Positions 30,203 to 39,472 of a DNA stretch of 64,000 nucleotides are shown here, piece by piece. Location of the stretch: the NCBI GenBank assembly GCA_963780165.1, contig CAWABB010000006.1, positions 395,499 through 459,498 of the forward strand, read 5' to 3'. The first letter of the stretch is position 1, and each line of letters starts with the position of its first letter. A program made the position numbers and the translations under genes. Under the pieces are notes generated by a model. That model was given only the letters and a program-made list of their open reading frames with translations, was not told the DNA's origin and did no database searches. The stretch is from an uncultured Ignavibacteria bacterium. Lineage in GTDB: Bacteria > Bacteroidota > Ignavibacteria > UBA10030 > UBA6906.

Positions 30203-30250
30203 GGCCTCCTGCATGGAATGCAGCGAGGCCCCGTCTTTTTTCGGGCGATC
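30203..30250 (+). terminator. Rho-independent terminator after the LysM gene
   Basis: cggggcctcctgcat-gga-atgcagcgaggccccg followed by tcttttttcggg. Confidence 0.7.
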
Positions 30251-30289
30251 CACGTGAACCCTGAAGGGCCGGCCGGTGTTCATACAGAT

Positions 30290-30673
30290 ATGAAAACCTA
30301 CACAGCCACCACACACGACATCACGGTCACGGTCCAACCCGTGTTCCTCGACGGCCAATCGAACCCGCTGGCGCGTCGGTTTGTCTTTGCGTATTTTGTA
30401 CGCATCGAGAACCGCGGCGACCATGAGGTCCAGCTCCTGCATCGCCACTGGTTGATCATGGATGGAAACGGGGAGACCAAGGAAGTCCGGGGGGATGGCG
30501 TGGTCGGCCAGCAGCCCCGGATTCAGCCGGGCGCCGTCCATGAGTACAACAGCTTTTCCATCCTGGAGACGTTCGAAGGGTCGATGGAAGGAAGCTACCG
30601 GATGGTGCGTCCGTCGGGGGAGGAGTTTGACGTCGCGATTCCCCGATTCACGCTGCGCGCAATGGCGAATTGA
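30290..30673 (+). CDS. apaG: ApaG (DUF525) protein
   Basis: ORF 30218..30673. The conserved ApaG body runs from MKTYTATTHDITVTVQPVFLDGQSNP...FVFAYFVRIENRGDHEVQLLHRHWLI. ATG at 30290. Confidence 0.85.
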   Translation: MKTYTATTHDITVTVQPVFLDGQSNPLARRFVFAYFVRIENRGDHEVQLLHRHWLIMDGNGETKEVRGDGVVGQQPRIQPGAVHEYNSFSILETFEGSMEGSYRMVRPSGEEFDVAIPRFTLRAMAN

Positions 30674-30726
30674 CGCGCCCGCACAACTCAGCCGAAAGAG
30701 AGTCTGCCGTGGAACCTCACCGAAGA

Positions 30727-31110
30727 ATGCTCCGGGCAAAGATCCATCGCGCCACCGTGACGGAGGCCGACCTGCATTACGAAGGAAGCCTGACGATCCC
30801 GCCGGAGCTGATGGAAGCGGTGGACATCAAGGAGTATGAGGCGGTCCACGTGTGGAACGTCAACAGGGGGACGCGCTTCGAGACGTATGCAATCACGGGG
30901 GAGCGCAACAGCGGGGCGATCTGCGTGAACGGCGCCGCAGCACATCTCGCCGGACCCGGCGATGTCATCATCATCGCTGCCTTCGCGAGCGTTCCGGAAT
31001 CGATGGTGGACGCGTTCCGGCCCACCGTCGCCTTCGTCGACGCGAAGAACGCAATTCAACGCATCGGCATCGAACTCCCCGGCCCGCACGCACACGGAGA
31101 CGGGTGCTGA
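30727..31110 (+). CDS. panD: aspartate 1-decarboxylase (pyruvoyl-dependent)
   Basis: ORF 30670..31110. MLRAKIHRATVTEADLHYEGSLTIPPELM with the GS self-processing site. ATG at 30727. Confidence 0.9.
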   Translation: MLRAKIHRATVTEADLHYEGSLTIPPELMEAVDIKEYEAVHVWNVNRGTRFETYAITGERNSGAICVNGAAAHLAGPGDVIIIAAFASVPESMVDAFRPTVAFVDAKNAIQRIGIELPGPHAHGDGC

Positions 31111-31123
31111 GCCGGGCAGACGC

Positions 31124-32647
31124 CTACCTCTGTTCCTGCATGCCCGGGTTGCGGCCGGGCATCACGACGATCCGCCTCACCGGATACGTCGGCCCCCTGA
31201 ACAGATCCTCGAACCGCGCGTACTTCGAAAGTCCCCACACCGAACGCGGCTCCAGTACCGACCCGAGGAAGAGCCCGCCGTCCTGATTCACCGGATAGAT
31301 CATCGCCCCCGAATCGGGGACAACGCTCGCCTCCATCACCTTGACCTGGGGGATCCTGTAAGGATCGCTCTCCAGCACGAGGCTGTCGAACCCCACGATG
31401 TCATACTGCTCGGTCGCGAGCGCTTCTCCTCCTGCAGGAATCCCGCGCACATTGTGCATTGCGAGGAGCGCGTGCACGTCCCGGAGCTCGCCCGGCACCA
31501 GATATGCGGCCGGGAGCCGGACGGAGTCGCGGGGCTGCACCACCCCGTGATATGGAGTGATCATCCAGGTCTTCGGTTCAGAGGTCGCAATATCCATGAC
31601 CGGGATCGACATGGAACGTTCCCCCTGGACGTGGTCCATCCACGTGTACAACGTTGCCCCGGCGAGCGTGTCGATCCGTACACGCTCGTCGCGCACCAGG
31701 TGCCGAATCTCCCGCCAGTTCGAAGAGCAAAAATCCAGAAGTGCTTCCACCCCCGCGTACTGCGACCGCGCCCGCCGGTCCAGCTCGTCCAACAGGTCCC
31801 TCCACTTGCGCCCCTCCTGGATGAACGAGATCGAACCCCGGATGCCAAAGCTCTGCCGGCCGTCGTTGATTTCCGTCGTGCTGTGGCGGATGAGCGTCCC
31901 CGGTTCGCCGACGATGTATTCGTGGCAGGAGTACTGCTGCGCCATCAACGCGGCGCTGATGTACGGGAACATGCGGACCCGCTGATACGACCGGAGCGCC
32001 GCTCCGGAGTTCAGGTTGGTCAGTGTGCCGACCTGCACATCACCCGTCTTGATGAAGCCGGAATCGCTCCAGGAACTCGTGAACGAACCGTATTCATGGA
32101 TATCCATCGTGACCTCCGGCCAGGCCGCGAGGTACAGCTCGTGCAGGGCGCGGACTTCCGGCGTAGGGAGCAGCACGTGCGACCGATTCATGTCGAGACT
32201 GTCGGCCGTCCTTCGCTGCCCGGCCTCTGCGCCGTCGGGATTCATCTGGGGGACAATGAGGAGGTTCAGATGATCCCTCCATTCCTGCTTGCCTCCTGCA
32301 GCCAGGCGGGCCAACAGGAGTGTGAGCGCTTCTTTGCCCGACGGCTCGTCGCCATGCTGCTGCGCGAACAGGAGCACCGTGAGCCTTGACGTGTCGGCGC
32401 GCGACGATTCCTCCGGCCAGCGCACCAGCGACACAGTGCGTCCCTCCCTCGTCGTCGCGAGCGGAGCCACCTGGATTGTCGGCAGGGAATCCAGCCTCGC
32501 GAGAAACGCTTGCAGCTCGGCGTACGACGTCGCCGAGGAGAAGGCGCGTTCTTCGCCCGGAGCCCGCAGGGGGGCGTCTCCGCGCGCCGGGGCGTGTAAC
32601 AATCCGGATAGAACAATCGCCGCGAGGAGCATGAATCGTGTGTGCAT
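31124..32647 (-). CDS. M14 family zinc carboxypeptidase, secreted
   Basis: 507 aa; signal peptide MHTRFMLLAAIVLSGLLHAPARG; zinc-binding HxxE block (FAQQHGDEPSG); M14 core (LNLLIVPQMNPDG). Confidence 0.8.
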   Translation of the reverse strand: MHTRFMLLAAIVLSGLLHAPARGDAPLRAPGEERAFSSATSYAELQAFLARLDSLPTIQVAPLATTREGRTVSLVRWPEESSRADTSRLTVLLFAQQHGDEPSGKEALTLLLARLAAGGKQEWRDHLNLLIVPQMNPDGAEAGQRRTADSLDMNRSHVLLPTPEVRALHELYLAAWPEVTMDIHEYGSFTSSWSDSGFIKTGDVQVGTLTNLNSGAALRSYQRVRMFPYISAALMAQQYSCHEYIVGEPGTLIRHSTTEINDGRQSFGIRGSISFIQEGRKWRDLLDELDRRARSQYAGVEALLDFCSSNWREIRHLVRDERVRIDTLAGATLYTWMDHVQGERSMSIPVMDIATSEPKTWMITPYHGVVQPRDSVRLPAAYLVPGELRDVHALLAMHNVRGIPAGGEALATEQYDIVGFDSLVLESDPYRIPQVKVMEASVVPDSGAMIYPVNQDGGLFLGSVLEPRSVWGLSKYARFEDLFRGPTYPVRRIVVMPGRNPGMQEQR

Positions 32648-32658
32648 GGCCTGTCCTG

Positions 32659-34668
32659 CTATCGTAGAAGTTGAACGGGTACAGTTGCCACGGAATTCGC
32701 GGAACGGAGCCTCACAAAATACGTCCCGGAAGCGGCGCCGGCTGCGTCCCAGGAAAACGTGATCCGCCCGGGCCCAAGTTCACCGCCATCGGCAAGGAGA
32801 GCGACCTGCCTCCCCAGAACGTCGTGAACGGCAAGCGTGCATCGGGTTCGGGCGGCGAGCAGGATCGTAATGGTGGTGCGCGAGTTGAACGGGTTGGGAT
32901 AGGGGTGCAGCAGGGCCAGCTCTACCGGCAGCCCGGTCGCGTCCGGCGTGACCTCCGTCGGTTCCAACAGATCGAAAGTCTGTCCGCCGGAGATGACGTG
33001 CAGGCGCGCTCCGATGAGCGCCGCATTCTGGCGGGGCTGGCTCTTCCCCGGGTCGCACCAGGTCGGGAACGCGACCGTGCTTGCCCTCCGGGCGTCGACG
33101 AGGATCGCCGGCGTCAGGCCGAATGAGCGGAGCGTGCCGTCAGGGAGGATCTCCACGTGCGAGCTCGCGTCGAGCAGCAGGCCGAACGGCTGCCGCGCGC
33201 GCGCCAGTCCCCAGAACAGGCCGCTCGCCCGGTTGTCGACGAACGCACTCGCCTCGTACAGACGCGTCATGATGTGGACGCCGCCTGCCAGGCCGAGCCC
33301 CGGGATATTCCGCATCGAGCCGTAATAGGCTGCGTATTCGTCGCTCTCGACTCCTCCGACAGCTTCATCGGAGAGGAGCTTGCCGTCGTTGCCCAGGGCA
33401 AGAACGGGTGTTGCCGATGCGAGCGATGCCCTGAACGCGGATCCTGCAAGAGTCGATGCATCGAGCAATCCGGCAAGACTGTCTTCCGTGTTCGCGGCGA
33501 GGATAAACCCGGCGGCGGTGGCGATTGTATCGGCCGCTCCGGTGCGATGCGCCGCCACCGCATCGAGGAGCAGAACGCGCGGCTGGTAGCCGCGCCTGGT
33601 GATCTCGTCAGCTACCGCCTGTGCGACCGATCCGAACGCAGGCGACGCGAGCACGCAGATCCCCGAGCCAGCCGGGAGGGTCGCAAGGAGTGTCGACAGG
33701 CTCCCCGAGGCGGAGAACCAGTTGGTTGTGGATGAGCTTCCGTCAGCAATCAACCGTGCCGCGCTCAACGCCACGGGCGACGGAGAGAACGGAGTCGCTC
33801 CCGCCGGGGGAGTGATGCCCCAGTTTGCGAGATTCACGACGAAGCCGTCCGTGAGCTGGTCGAGAAGCATGTCGCGGGCAGAGAAGGGCGCACCGAATGC
33901 CGCGTTCATGACAGTGGACTGCGCACTCCGGAGGAACGTGACCGTCCCGGCGCCCATCACCTCGGCAGACAGATCGGGCCGGACGGCGAGTGCCGTACTG
34001 TAATCCACGCCCACCCCGGCGATGCTCCTGCCGCTGGACATCCGGTACACCGCAATCATCGGCGCAAGTCGGCCGATTCTCCCCCGCTCGAAGAAATGGG
34101 TGTCGCCCAGGACACCGGGAACGAGCCGGAGGAATTCGGTCGTGAAGGTGATGCCGGCGCCCATCGGGGACCGGAGGGCGGTTCGGGGATCCACCGATGT
34201 GGTGCGGGCGTCGAAGACCAGGTCGGTCAACACGGCAAGGCCGGCACTCGTGCCCCCCACAACGCCGCCACGCAGGAAGACCGCCTTGATCGCCTTCTGG
34301 GCGAGCGTTCCCTTCCACAACCGGACGTACTCCCACTGGTCACCTCCCCGCAGAAAGAGGCCGTCCGCCTCGAGAATCGCGCGGTAGTTTGCCGAGTCGT
34401 TGGCCGCCTCCGTGGTGGGAATGACGAGATTCGAGGCGCTGTTCGCCCCCAACCACTGGAAGTACGCGGGGAGGAACGATGAAGTCGTGGAATAGTGGAG
34501 AATGAGGATGTTCCGGTTGGGCGCCTGCTCCACAAGCCAGCGGTAGGGACGGTCGGACCAGTCGTTGTACTCCTCCGACCCCCCGCCCACCAGAAGGACG
34601 GACCCCTGGGCGCCGGCCCGGCCCGCCAGCAGGCAGAGCATCAACAGCAGCGCACAGGCGTCGGTCAT
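32659..34668 (-). CDS. secreted S51-family (cyanophycinase/dipeptidase E-like) protein with T9SS C-terminal sorting domain; the central region may be a degenerate second S51-like repeat
   Basis: ORF 32659..34716. Start MTDACALLLMLCLLAGRAGAQG (ATG 34668). N-terminal S51 motifs LLVGGGSEEY, LRGGDQW, GGTSAGLAVL (Ser nucleophile elbow). C-terminus HPYPNPFNSRTTITILLAARTRCTLAVHDVLGRQVALL...SGTYFVRLRS is a Por_Secre_tail-type CTD. Confidence 0.65.
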   Translation of the reverse strand: MTDACALLLMLCLLAGRAGAQGSVLLVGGGSEEYNDWSDRPYRWLVEQAPNRNILILHYSTTSSFLPAYFQWLGANSASNLVIPTTEAANDSANYRAILEADGLFLRGGDQWEYVRLWKGTLAQKAIKAVFLRGGVVGGTSAGLAVLTDLVFDARTTSVDPRTALRSPMGAGITFTTEFLRLVPGVLGDTHFFERGRIGRLAPMIAVYRMSSGRSIAGVGVDYSTALAVRPDLSAEVMGAGTVTFLRSAQSTVMNAAFGAPFSARDMLLDQLTDGFVVNLANWGITPPAGATPFSPSPVALSAARLIADGSSSTTNWFSASGSLSTLLATLPAGSGICVLASPAFGSVAQAVADEITRRGYQPRVLLLDAVAAHRTGAADTIATAAGFILAANTEDSLAGLLDASTLAGSAFRASLASATPVLALGNDGKLLSDEAVGGVESDEYAAYYGSMRNIPGLGLAGGVHIMTRLYEASAFVDNRASGLFWGLARARQPFGLLLDASSHVEILPDGTLRSFGLTPAILVDARRASTVAFPTWCDPGKSQPRQNAALIGARLHVISGGQTFDLLEPTEVTPDATGLPVELALLHPYPNPFNSRTTITILLAARTRCTLAVHDVLGRQVALLADGGELGPGRITFSWDAAGAASGTYFVRLRSANSVATVPVQLLR

Positions 34669-34776
34669 CGGACGACCCCGCCGGGACCGGGGTCTTTTGG
34701 TGCGAGGAGTGAGCATGTCGGAGGAATATATCGAGCCACGACGGAAACATCAAGGGGCTGCGGCGCGCGCGGACGC

Positions 34777-34805
34777 TTGACTTTTCCAGCAGGCAGCCCT
34801 ATATT
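34777..34805 (+). promoter_or_regulatory. sigma-70-type promoter TTGACT-N17-TATATT upstream of the M20-peptidase / cyanophycinase / transporter genes
   Basis: Read at 34777-34805: cTTGACTtttccagcaggcagcccTATATTccg, ~55 bp upstream of the ATG at 34859. Confidence 0.55.
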
Positions 34806-34858
34806 CCGCGAAACCGATTTTTCACTCTCCCTTCCCCCTGTAACAACCGTTTCTCCGT

Positions 34859-35971
34859 ATGGCGACTCCGCTGGTCAATCTCTTCCTTGACGCCGTCCGC
34901 GTCAACGCCCCCTCACTCGCAGAGCGACCGATGGCCCAGTTTGTCCGCCGCACCCTGGAAGGAACCCCCGTGAGGATCGTCGAGGACGACACGGCCTCGC
35001 TCATCAAGGGAGACTGCGGCAACCTGATCTGCATTCCGCCGTCGTTCGACAGCTCGAGGCCGGCGATCGCGCTCTTCGCGCACCTGGACACGCCGCGGCC
35101 CACGGAAGGAGTGCGCCCGGTCGTGTCGGACACCCGGATCGACAGCGACGGGAGCACCATCCTCGGCGTGGACAACCGTGCGGGCACGTGCATCCTTCTG
35201 CAGACGCTGCGGGAAGCCGGCACATCGAACGGCTCCGCGAACTACATCGTCGTGTTCACCGTCGGCGAGGAGCTCGGCATGCTCGGGTCGAAACATGTGG
35301 ATCTCACCCCGTACAACGTCGACAAGGCCTTCATCTTCGACTGCTCGCGACGCCCGGGGACATTCATCTCCGCCGCCGTCGGATGCTCGATGTACTCCGC
35401 GACGTTTCTGGGGCGCTCGTCGCACGCGGGCGTTTCCCCGGAGAAGGGCATTCACGCAATCCGGCTCGCGGCCAACGCACTCAGCCGAATCCCGATGGGC
35501 CGCCACTCCCCCACCATGACCTCAAACGTGGGGACGATCCGCGGCGGGTCCGCAACGAACATCGTGCCTGACTCGTGCTTCATCGAGGGCGAGGTCCGAT
35601 CCTTCGATCCGCACGCCATCGATGCCCATCTGCAGATGCTCCACACGACCTTCCGCCAGGTGTCGGAAGAGGGCGGCGGGTCGGTGCAGTTTGAGTCGGC
35701 CGTGGACTTCGAGCCGTTTACGCTCGATGCCGCAAGCCACGTCTTTGCCATGACGGAGAACGCCCTGCGGTCCATCGGGCTGACGCCGAACCCGATCGAG
35801 TATCTCGGCGGCAGCGACGCCAACACACTGAACGGCAGGGGAATCCCGGCCGTCAACCTCGGCATCGGAGCACAGAATCCGCACGGCAACGACGAGTTCA
35901 TACTCCTGGAGGATCTCCATACTTCCGCCAGACTCGCGGCCGTCCTCACCAGTCCCGCCATAACCGCCTGA
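34859..35971 (+). CDS. M20/M25/M40 family metallopeptidase (peptidase T / tripeptidase-like), cytoplasmic
   Basis: 370 aa. M20 metal-ligand blocks (ALFAHLDT, GVDNRAG, GEELGMLGS, HAG). No signal peptide. Confidence 0.75.
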   Translation: MATPLVNLFLDAVRVNAPSLAERPMAQFVRRTLEGTPVRIVEDDTASLIKGDCGNLICIPPSFDSSRPAIALFAHLDTPRPTEGVRPVVSDTRIDSDGSTILGVDNRAGTCILLQTLREAGTSNGSANYIVVFTVGEELGMLGSKHVDLTPYNVDKAFIFDCSRRPGTFISAAVGCSMYSATFLGRSSHAGVSPEKGIHAIRLAANALSRIPMGRHSPTMTSNVGTIRGGSATNIVPDSCFIEGEVRSFDPHAIDAHLQMLHTTFRQVSEEGGGSVQFESAVDFEPFTLDAASHVFAMTENALRSIGLTPNPIEYLGGSDANTLNGRGIPAVNLGIGAQNPHGNDEFILLEDLHTSARLAAVLTSPAITA

Positions 35972-35985
35972 GCCGGATCCCACAC

Positions 35986-36894
35986 ATGCGACAACGACGC
36001 TGGCTGCCGGATGGGAGGACATTCTACGGAATCCTCCTCTGCGCACTCCTCTCCGCCCTCCCCGGATTGGCCGGCGACGCGCCTCAGGGCTCCCTCTTTA
36101 TTATAGGGGGCGGCGACCGCTCGCGCTCGATGATGGAGGAATTCGTGACGCTTGCGGGCGGGCCGGAAAAGGCGCGGATCAGAATCATCCCGAACGCCAG
36201 CGGCGACGGCGACACCTCCGGGCTGGAGATGACGGAGGAGTTCAAAACCCTCGGCGTCAAAGACGTCTCGCACGTCCTGTACACGCGCGAACAGGCGGAA
36301 AAGCCCGGTGCGGAACGCGCATTTGACGGGGCCACGGGCATCTACTTCACGGGCGGCGACCAGGTCCGGATCACGCGAGCCCTCCTCAAAACCCCGGTGC
36401 ACCGGGCGCTGCTCGACCTGTACCGGCAGGGGGCCGTCATCGGCGGCACCAGCGCCGGAGCCGCGATCATGAGCGAGGTCATGATCACCGGCGACGAGAA
36501 GATCAACAAGGACACGGTGAACCTGTTCCCGATGATCCGGCTGGGCAACGTGGAAACCGTCGAGGGGATGGGCTTCGTGACGGATGCCATCATCGACCAG
36601 CACTTCGTCCGCCGCAAACGGCACAACAGGCTGATCACGGTCGTGCTCGAACACCCGCAGCTGGTCGGCGTCGGCATCGACGAGGCCACGGCCGTCGTCA
36701 TCGGACCGGACCATTCGTTCCGCGTCACGGGGGAATCCATCGTCGTGGTGTATGACGCGACAGGAGCTACGAAGGCCACCACCGACGCAGCCGGCAATCT
36801 TGCCGCCTCCGGCATGGTCCTGCACGTCCTGAAAGCGGGCGACCGGTACGACCTGTCAGCCCGCCGCGTCCTGCCGGGAGCGACGTCCCGATGA
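35986..36894 (+). CDS. cyanophycinase (peptidase S51), with predicted N-terminal signal peptide (CphE-like extracellular type)
   Basis: 302 aa. LFIIGGGDRS, IYFTGGDQVRI, IGGTSAGAAIM (catalytic Ser) are cyanophycinase hallmarks. N-terminus MRQRRWLPDGRTFYGILLCALLSALPGLAG is signal-peptide-like. Confidence 0.75.
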   Translation: MRQRRWLPDGRTFYGILLCALLSALPGLAGDAPQGSLFIIGGGDRSRSMMEEFVTLAGGPEKARIRIIPNASGDGDTSGLEMTEEFKTLGVKDVSHVLYTREQAEKPGAERAFDGATGIYFTGGDQVRITRALLKTPVHRALLDLYRQGAVIGGTSAGAAIMSEVMITGDEKINKDTVNLFPMIRLGNVETVEGMGFVTDAIIDQHFVRRKRHNRLITVVLEHPQLVGVGIDEATAVVIGPDHSFRVTGESIVVVYDATGATKATTDAAGNLAASGMVLHVLKAGDRYDLSARRVLPGATSR

Positions 36895-38279
36895 AAAGGC
36901 ACTTCAACACGCTGGTGATGATCTTCGGCGTCGTCGTGGCAGTCGCCATGGTGACGTGGTTCCTCCCCGGCGGCGAGTACGTGCGCGAGGTGAAGGACGG
37001 CCGGACGCTCGTCAGGCCCGATTCGTTCACGTTCGTCGAAAGCCAGCCTCAGGGGATCGGCGAGATCCTGATGGCTCCCGTGCAGGGATTCATCCAGGCG
37101 GCGCAGATCATCGCGTTCCTCTTCGTGATCGGCGGGTCCTTCAAGGTCCTCGAGCGAACGGGAGCGGTAACGGTTTCGATTCAGTCTCTGGCCGCAACCT
37201 TCGCCCGCAAGCCGCACCTCCAGAGGTATTTTATCCCCGTCACGATGCTCGTCTTCTCGATCGGCGGGGCGGTGTTCGGGATGTGCGAAGAGACCATGCC
37301 GTTCGTCCTCGTCTTCATCCCGCTTGCCCTGTCGCTCGGGTACGACTCGCTGGTCGGAACTGCTATCCCGTTCCTGGGGGCCGCGGCCGGATTCGCGGGG
37401 TCCGTTTTCAACCCGTTCACTGTCGGCATCGCCCAGGGTATTGCAGAGCTCCCGCTCTACTCGGGCATGGAGTACCGGATGGTGATCTGGTTGATCAGCA
37501 CAGCCTGTATGATAGCGTTCGTGATGCGGCATGCCTCGCGGGTGCGCCAGAATCCTGAATCGAGCCCGGTGTACGCGCTCGACCAGGAGCGGCGCCGCGC
37601 CGGCATGGCCAGGGGATCCGTGGAAGGCGCCACCCTCACCAGGCGGCACCAGATCCTCCTCGTGGCCGTGGTCGCGACGATCGCTCTGCTGGTGTTCGGG
37701 ATTCTCGAGTACAAGTGGTATATTCCACAGATCGCCGGACTGTTTTTCGGCCTGGGTCTGCTGGCAGGACCTGTCGGCGGATTGTCTCTCTCCGAAAGCT
37801 CCGACGCCTTCAAAGAAGGCGCGCGCGACATGGTGGGCGTGGCCCTGATCATAGGCTGCGCGCGGGCGATTCTGGTGATCGCCACGGACGGAAAAATCCT
37901 CGATCTCATGCTGTACGGCATCGCCTCCGTCATACGGGATTTCCACCCGATCGTCGCGGCCCAGGCCATGTTTGTGGCACAGGGAATCATCAATTTCTTC
38001 GTCCATTCTGGGTCCGGTCAGGCAGCGCTCACGATGCCCGTCATGGCCCCCCTTGCCGATGTGGTCGGCATCTCGCGGCAGACGGCCGTGCTGGCGTTTC
38101 AATTCGGCGAGGGATGGATCAACCCCATCCTTCCGACGTCCGGGGTGACGATGGGAGTGCTCGGCCTCGCCGGCATCTCCTGGGAGAAATGGTTTCGCTG
38201 GATGGTTCCGGCGCAGATCTTCTTCTTCATCCTCGCCCTGCTGCTCATGATTCCACCGTATCTGTTCAACTATCACTAA
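36891..38279 (+). CDS. YfcC-family (DcuC-like) membrane transporter
   Basis: 462 aa, >10 TM helices, YfcC-family blocks (FLFVIGGSFKVLERTGA, GAAAGFAGSVFNPFTVGIAQ). ATGA overlap with the cyanophycinase stop indicates translational coupling. Confidence 0.7.
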   Translation: MKRHFNTLVMIFGVVVAVAMVTWFLPGGEYVREVKDGRTLVRPDSFTFVESQPQGIGEILMAPVQGFIQAAQIIAFLFVIGGSFKVLERTGAVTVSIQSLAATFARKPHLQRYFIPVTMLVFSIGGAVFGMCEETMPFVLVFIPLALSLGYDSLVGTAIPFLGAAAGFAGSVFNPFTVGIAQGIAELPLYSGMEYRMVIWLISTACMIAFVMRHASRVRQNPESSPVYALDQERRRAGMARGSVEGATLTRRHQILLVAVVATIALLVFGILEYKWYIPQIAGLFFGLGLLAGPVGGLSLSESSDAFKEGARDMVGVALIIGCARAILVIATDGKILDLMLYGIASVIRDFHPIVAAQAMFVAQGIINFFVHSGSGQAALTMPVMAPLADVVGISRQTAVLAFQFGEGWINPILPTSGVTMGVLGLAGISWEKWFRWMVPAQIFFFILALLLMIPPYLFNYH

Positions 38280-38305
38280 CATCCACCTATCACCAGGAGA
38301 GCACC

Positions 38306-39442
38306 ATGAAACGTTTGCTCCCACTCTTCCTCCTTTGCGGGTTGCTGCTCATGCCCGATCCGCTGCAGGCAGCGGATAAGACCGGCGGGACCGGGTCGAT
38401 CCGCGTGACCCTGAGGGACTACGGCATGATCCGTTTGCTTGCCCCCGCCGGGGCGCCGATCCGTCAAATGAGCCGGCTGTCGGGCATCTTCGCGCTGGAT
38501 TCGAGCGCGGTCTTTGACTACTATGAGGACTCGCAGACCGTCGAGCTGCCATCGCTCACCACCGGCGGCATCGCGGACACGATCCTTACCTGCCTGACCG
38601 ACGGAACTTTTGCGCTGCGTCTCCCGATGGTGTCGCTCCGCGTTACGGTCTACCTGTGGAATGGAACCGACTACGCCATCGTGCGCCACACGTACCGGAA
38701 CGATTCCACCATCGCTGTGAACGCCTATATCGGAGCGACCGTTGTCCCTCAACCGAGCGGGACATTCGGACTTGAGACCGTCGCATACGACGAACCCTCC
38801 GGCGTGGCATATAACTATCGTCTGGGCGAGGACCCCTTCATCGGCCTCAAAATCCTGAGCGGTCCGGCGTATTCCTATCACAGCATGGACTGGGAAGTCT
38901 ACTCCACGGATCCCGACAACGACGCGAGCAACGACTCCATCCGTGCCTTCCTGACCATACCACCCGGGTTTGACGCTTCGTACGATGCCGGCCCTGTCGG
39001 GTCTGTCTACCATCTCAATGCCGGCATGCGGACGCTGGCTCCGGGCGATTCCGTCTCGGTCGACTATGCGGTGATGTTTGCGATGTCCGACGCAGACCTG
39101 TTCGCGATGGGCGCCGCTGCACAGGAGAAGTACAACGGCGTGTTCACCTCGGTTGAGCCGGTGTCCCGCGAGCTGCCGGAACGCTATGCGCTGCATCAGA
39201 ACTACCCGAATCCGTTCAACCCGTCGACCCAGGTCCGGTTTGAACTCCCGGCGTCCGGATTCGTCACGCTCAAGGTGTACGACATGCTCGGACGGGAAGT
39301 CGCCACGCTCGTGAGCCAGGACCTCAACGCGGGCACGTATGAGGTTCCGTTCTCAGGCGTGAATCTTCCCAGCGGGACGTACATCGCAACGATGCAGTCC
39401 GGCAGCTTCCGGGCCACCAGCAAAATGTTGCTGATGAAGTAG
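38306..39442 (+). CDS. secreted hypothetical protein with T9SS C-terminal sorting domain
   Basis: In-frame ATG 38306, inside track ORF 37715..39442, preceded by AGGAGA. Signal peptide MKRLLPLFLLCGLLLMPDPLQA. C-terminal YPNPFNPSTQVRFELPASGFVTLKVYDMLGREVATL...SGTYIATMQSGSFRATSKMLLMK is a Por_Secre_tail. Confidence 0.7.
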   Translation: MKRLLPLFLLCGLLLMPDPLQAADKTGGTGSIRVTLRDYGMIRLLAPAGAPIRQMSRLSGIFALDSSAVFDYYEDSQTVELPSLTTGGIADTILTCLTDGTFALRLPMVSLRVTVYLWNGTDYAIVRHTYRNDSTIAVNAYIGATVVPQPSGTFGLETVAYDEPSGVAYNYRLGEDPFIGLKILSGPAYSYHSMDWEVYSTDPDNDASNDSIRAFLTIPPGFDASYDAGPVGSVYHLNAGMRTLAPGDSVSVDYAVMFAMSDADLFAMGAAAQEKYNGVFTSVEPVSRELPERYALHQNYPNPFNPSTQVRFELPASGFVTLKVYDMLGREVATLVSQDLNAGTYEVPFSGVNLPSGTYIATMQSGSFRATSKMLLMK

Positions 39443-39472
39443 CCGCGCGGATCGCGTCCCACGCCTTCCGGA

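Noticed and set aside
30670-30726. The track's upstream TTG/ATG start for panD (30670) overlapping apaG
   Set aside because: PanD homologues begin at MLRAKIHRA. The 19-aa extension is not conserved and would overlap the apaG stop.
35452-38324. Minus-strand ORFs 35452..36825 (457 aa) and 36342..38324 (660 aa) opposite the M20 / cyanophycinase / YfcC genes
   Set aside because: Antisense artefacts. The translations are Arg/Asp/His-rich nonsense, and the plus-strand genes have strong family motifs and translational coupling.
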